From: Antedon mediterranea
Lineage: Eukaryota; Animalia; Echinodermata
Direction of reading: 5' to 3'
Assembly (NCBI RefSeq): GCF_964355755.1
Contig: NC_092676.1
Coordinates: 2,733,788-2,797,787 of the forward strand
Length of the DNA: 64,000 nucleotides
In this document: piece after piece, positions 63,927 to 64,000 of the stretch
How positions within the stretch are numbered: the first letter of the stretch is position 1
Layout of the letters: each line of letters opens with the position of its first letter
Program-made: the position numbers and the translations under genes
The notes under the pieces: generated by a model
What the model saw: only the letters and a program-made list of their open reading frames with translations
Told to the model about the DNA's origin: nothing
Database searches by the model: none

Positions 63927-64000
63927 CTGAAAAAAAAAAAACCAAAAAAAAAAAAAACATCTCATAATCTGCTTTAAAAAGTTTTAAAGCTATGTCTACA

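Overview
AT-rich, intron-rich animal genomic DNA, probably a marine invertebrate. A Deu/Nin-type SINE and frequent TAGGCCTA motifs hint at an echinoderm-like deuterostome, but this is inference only. I reconstructed four spliced genes by hand from GT-AG boundaries and phase continuity. (1) An 11-exon branched-chain aminotransferase with a mitochondrial presequence (+, 11918-27904, 415 aa). (2) A Shaw/Kv3 voltage-gated K+ channel (+, 36560-44142) with a likely alternative short C-terminal exon. (3) ARL1 (-, 58533-55624, 6 exons, 181 aa). (4) The last five coding exons of GDAP2 (-, 63926-61459). The rest is many short inverted-repeat transposons (MITEs), tRNA-derived elements, LINE 3' ends, a Gypsy protease remnant, about a dozen minisatellites and a ~6.8 kb satellite built from alternating palindromes. 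Most ORFs in the supplied track are repeat artefacts. I found no prokaryote-type system (CRISPR, operon). The best leads are the palindromic satellite, tRNA-like cores enclosed by inverted repeats, a Kv3 stop codon lying inside MITE sequence, Kv3 C-terminal splicing and S4 charge, and possible dual targeting of BCAT.
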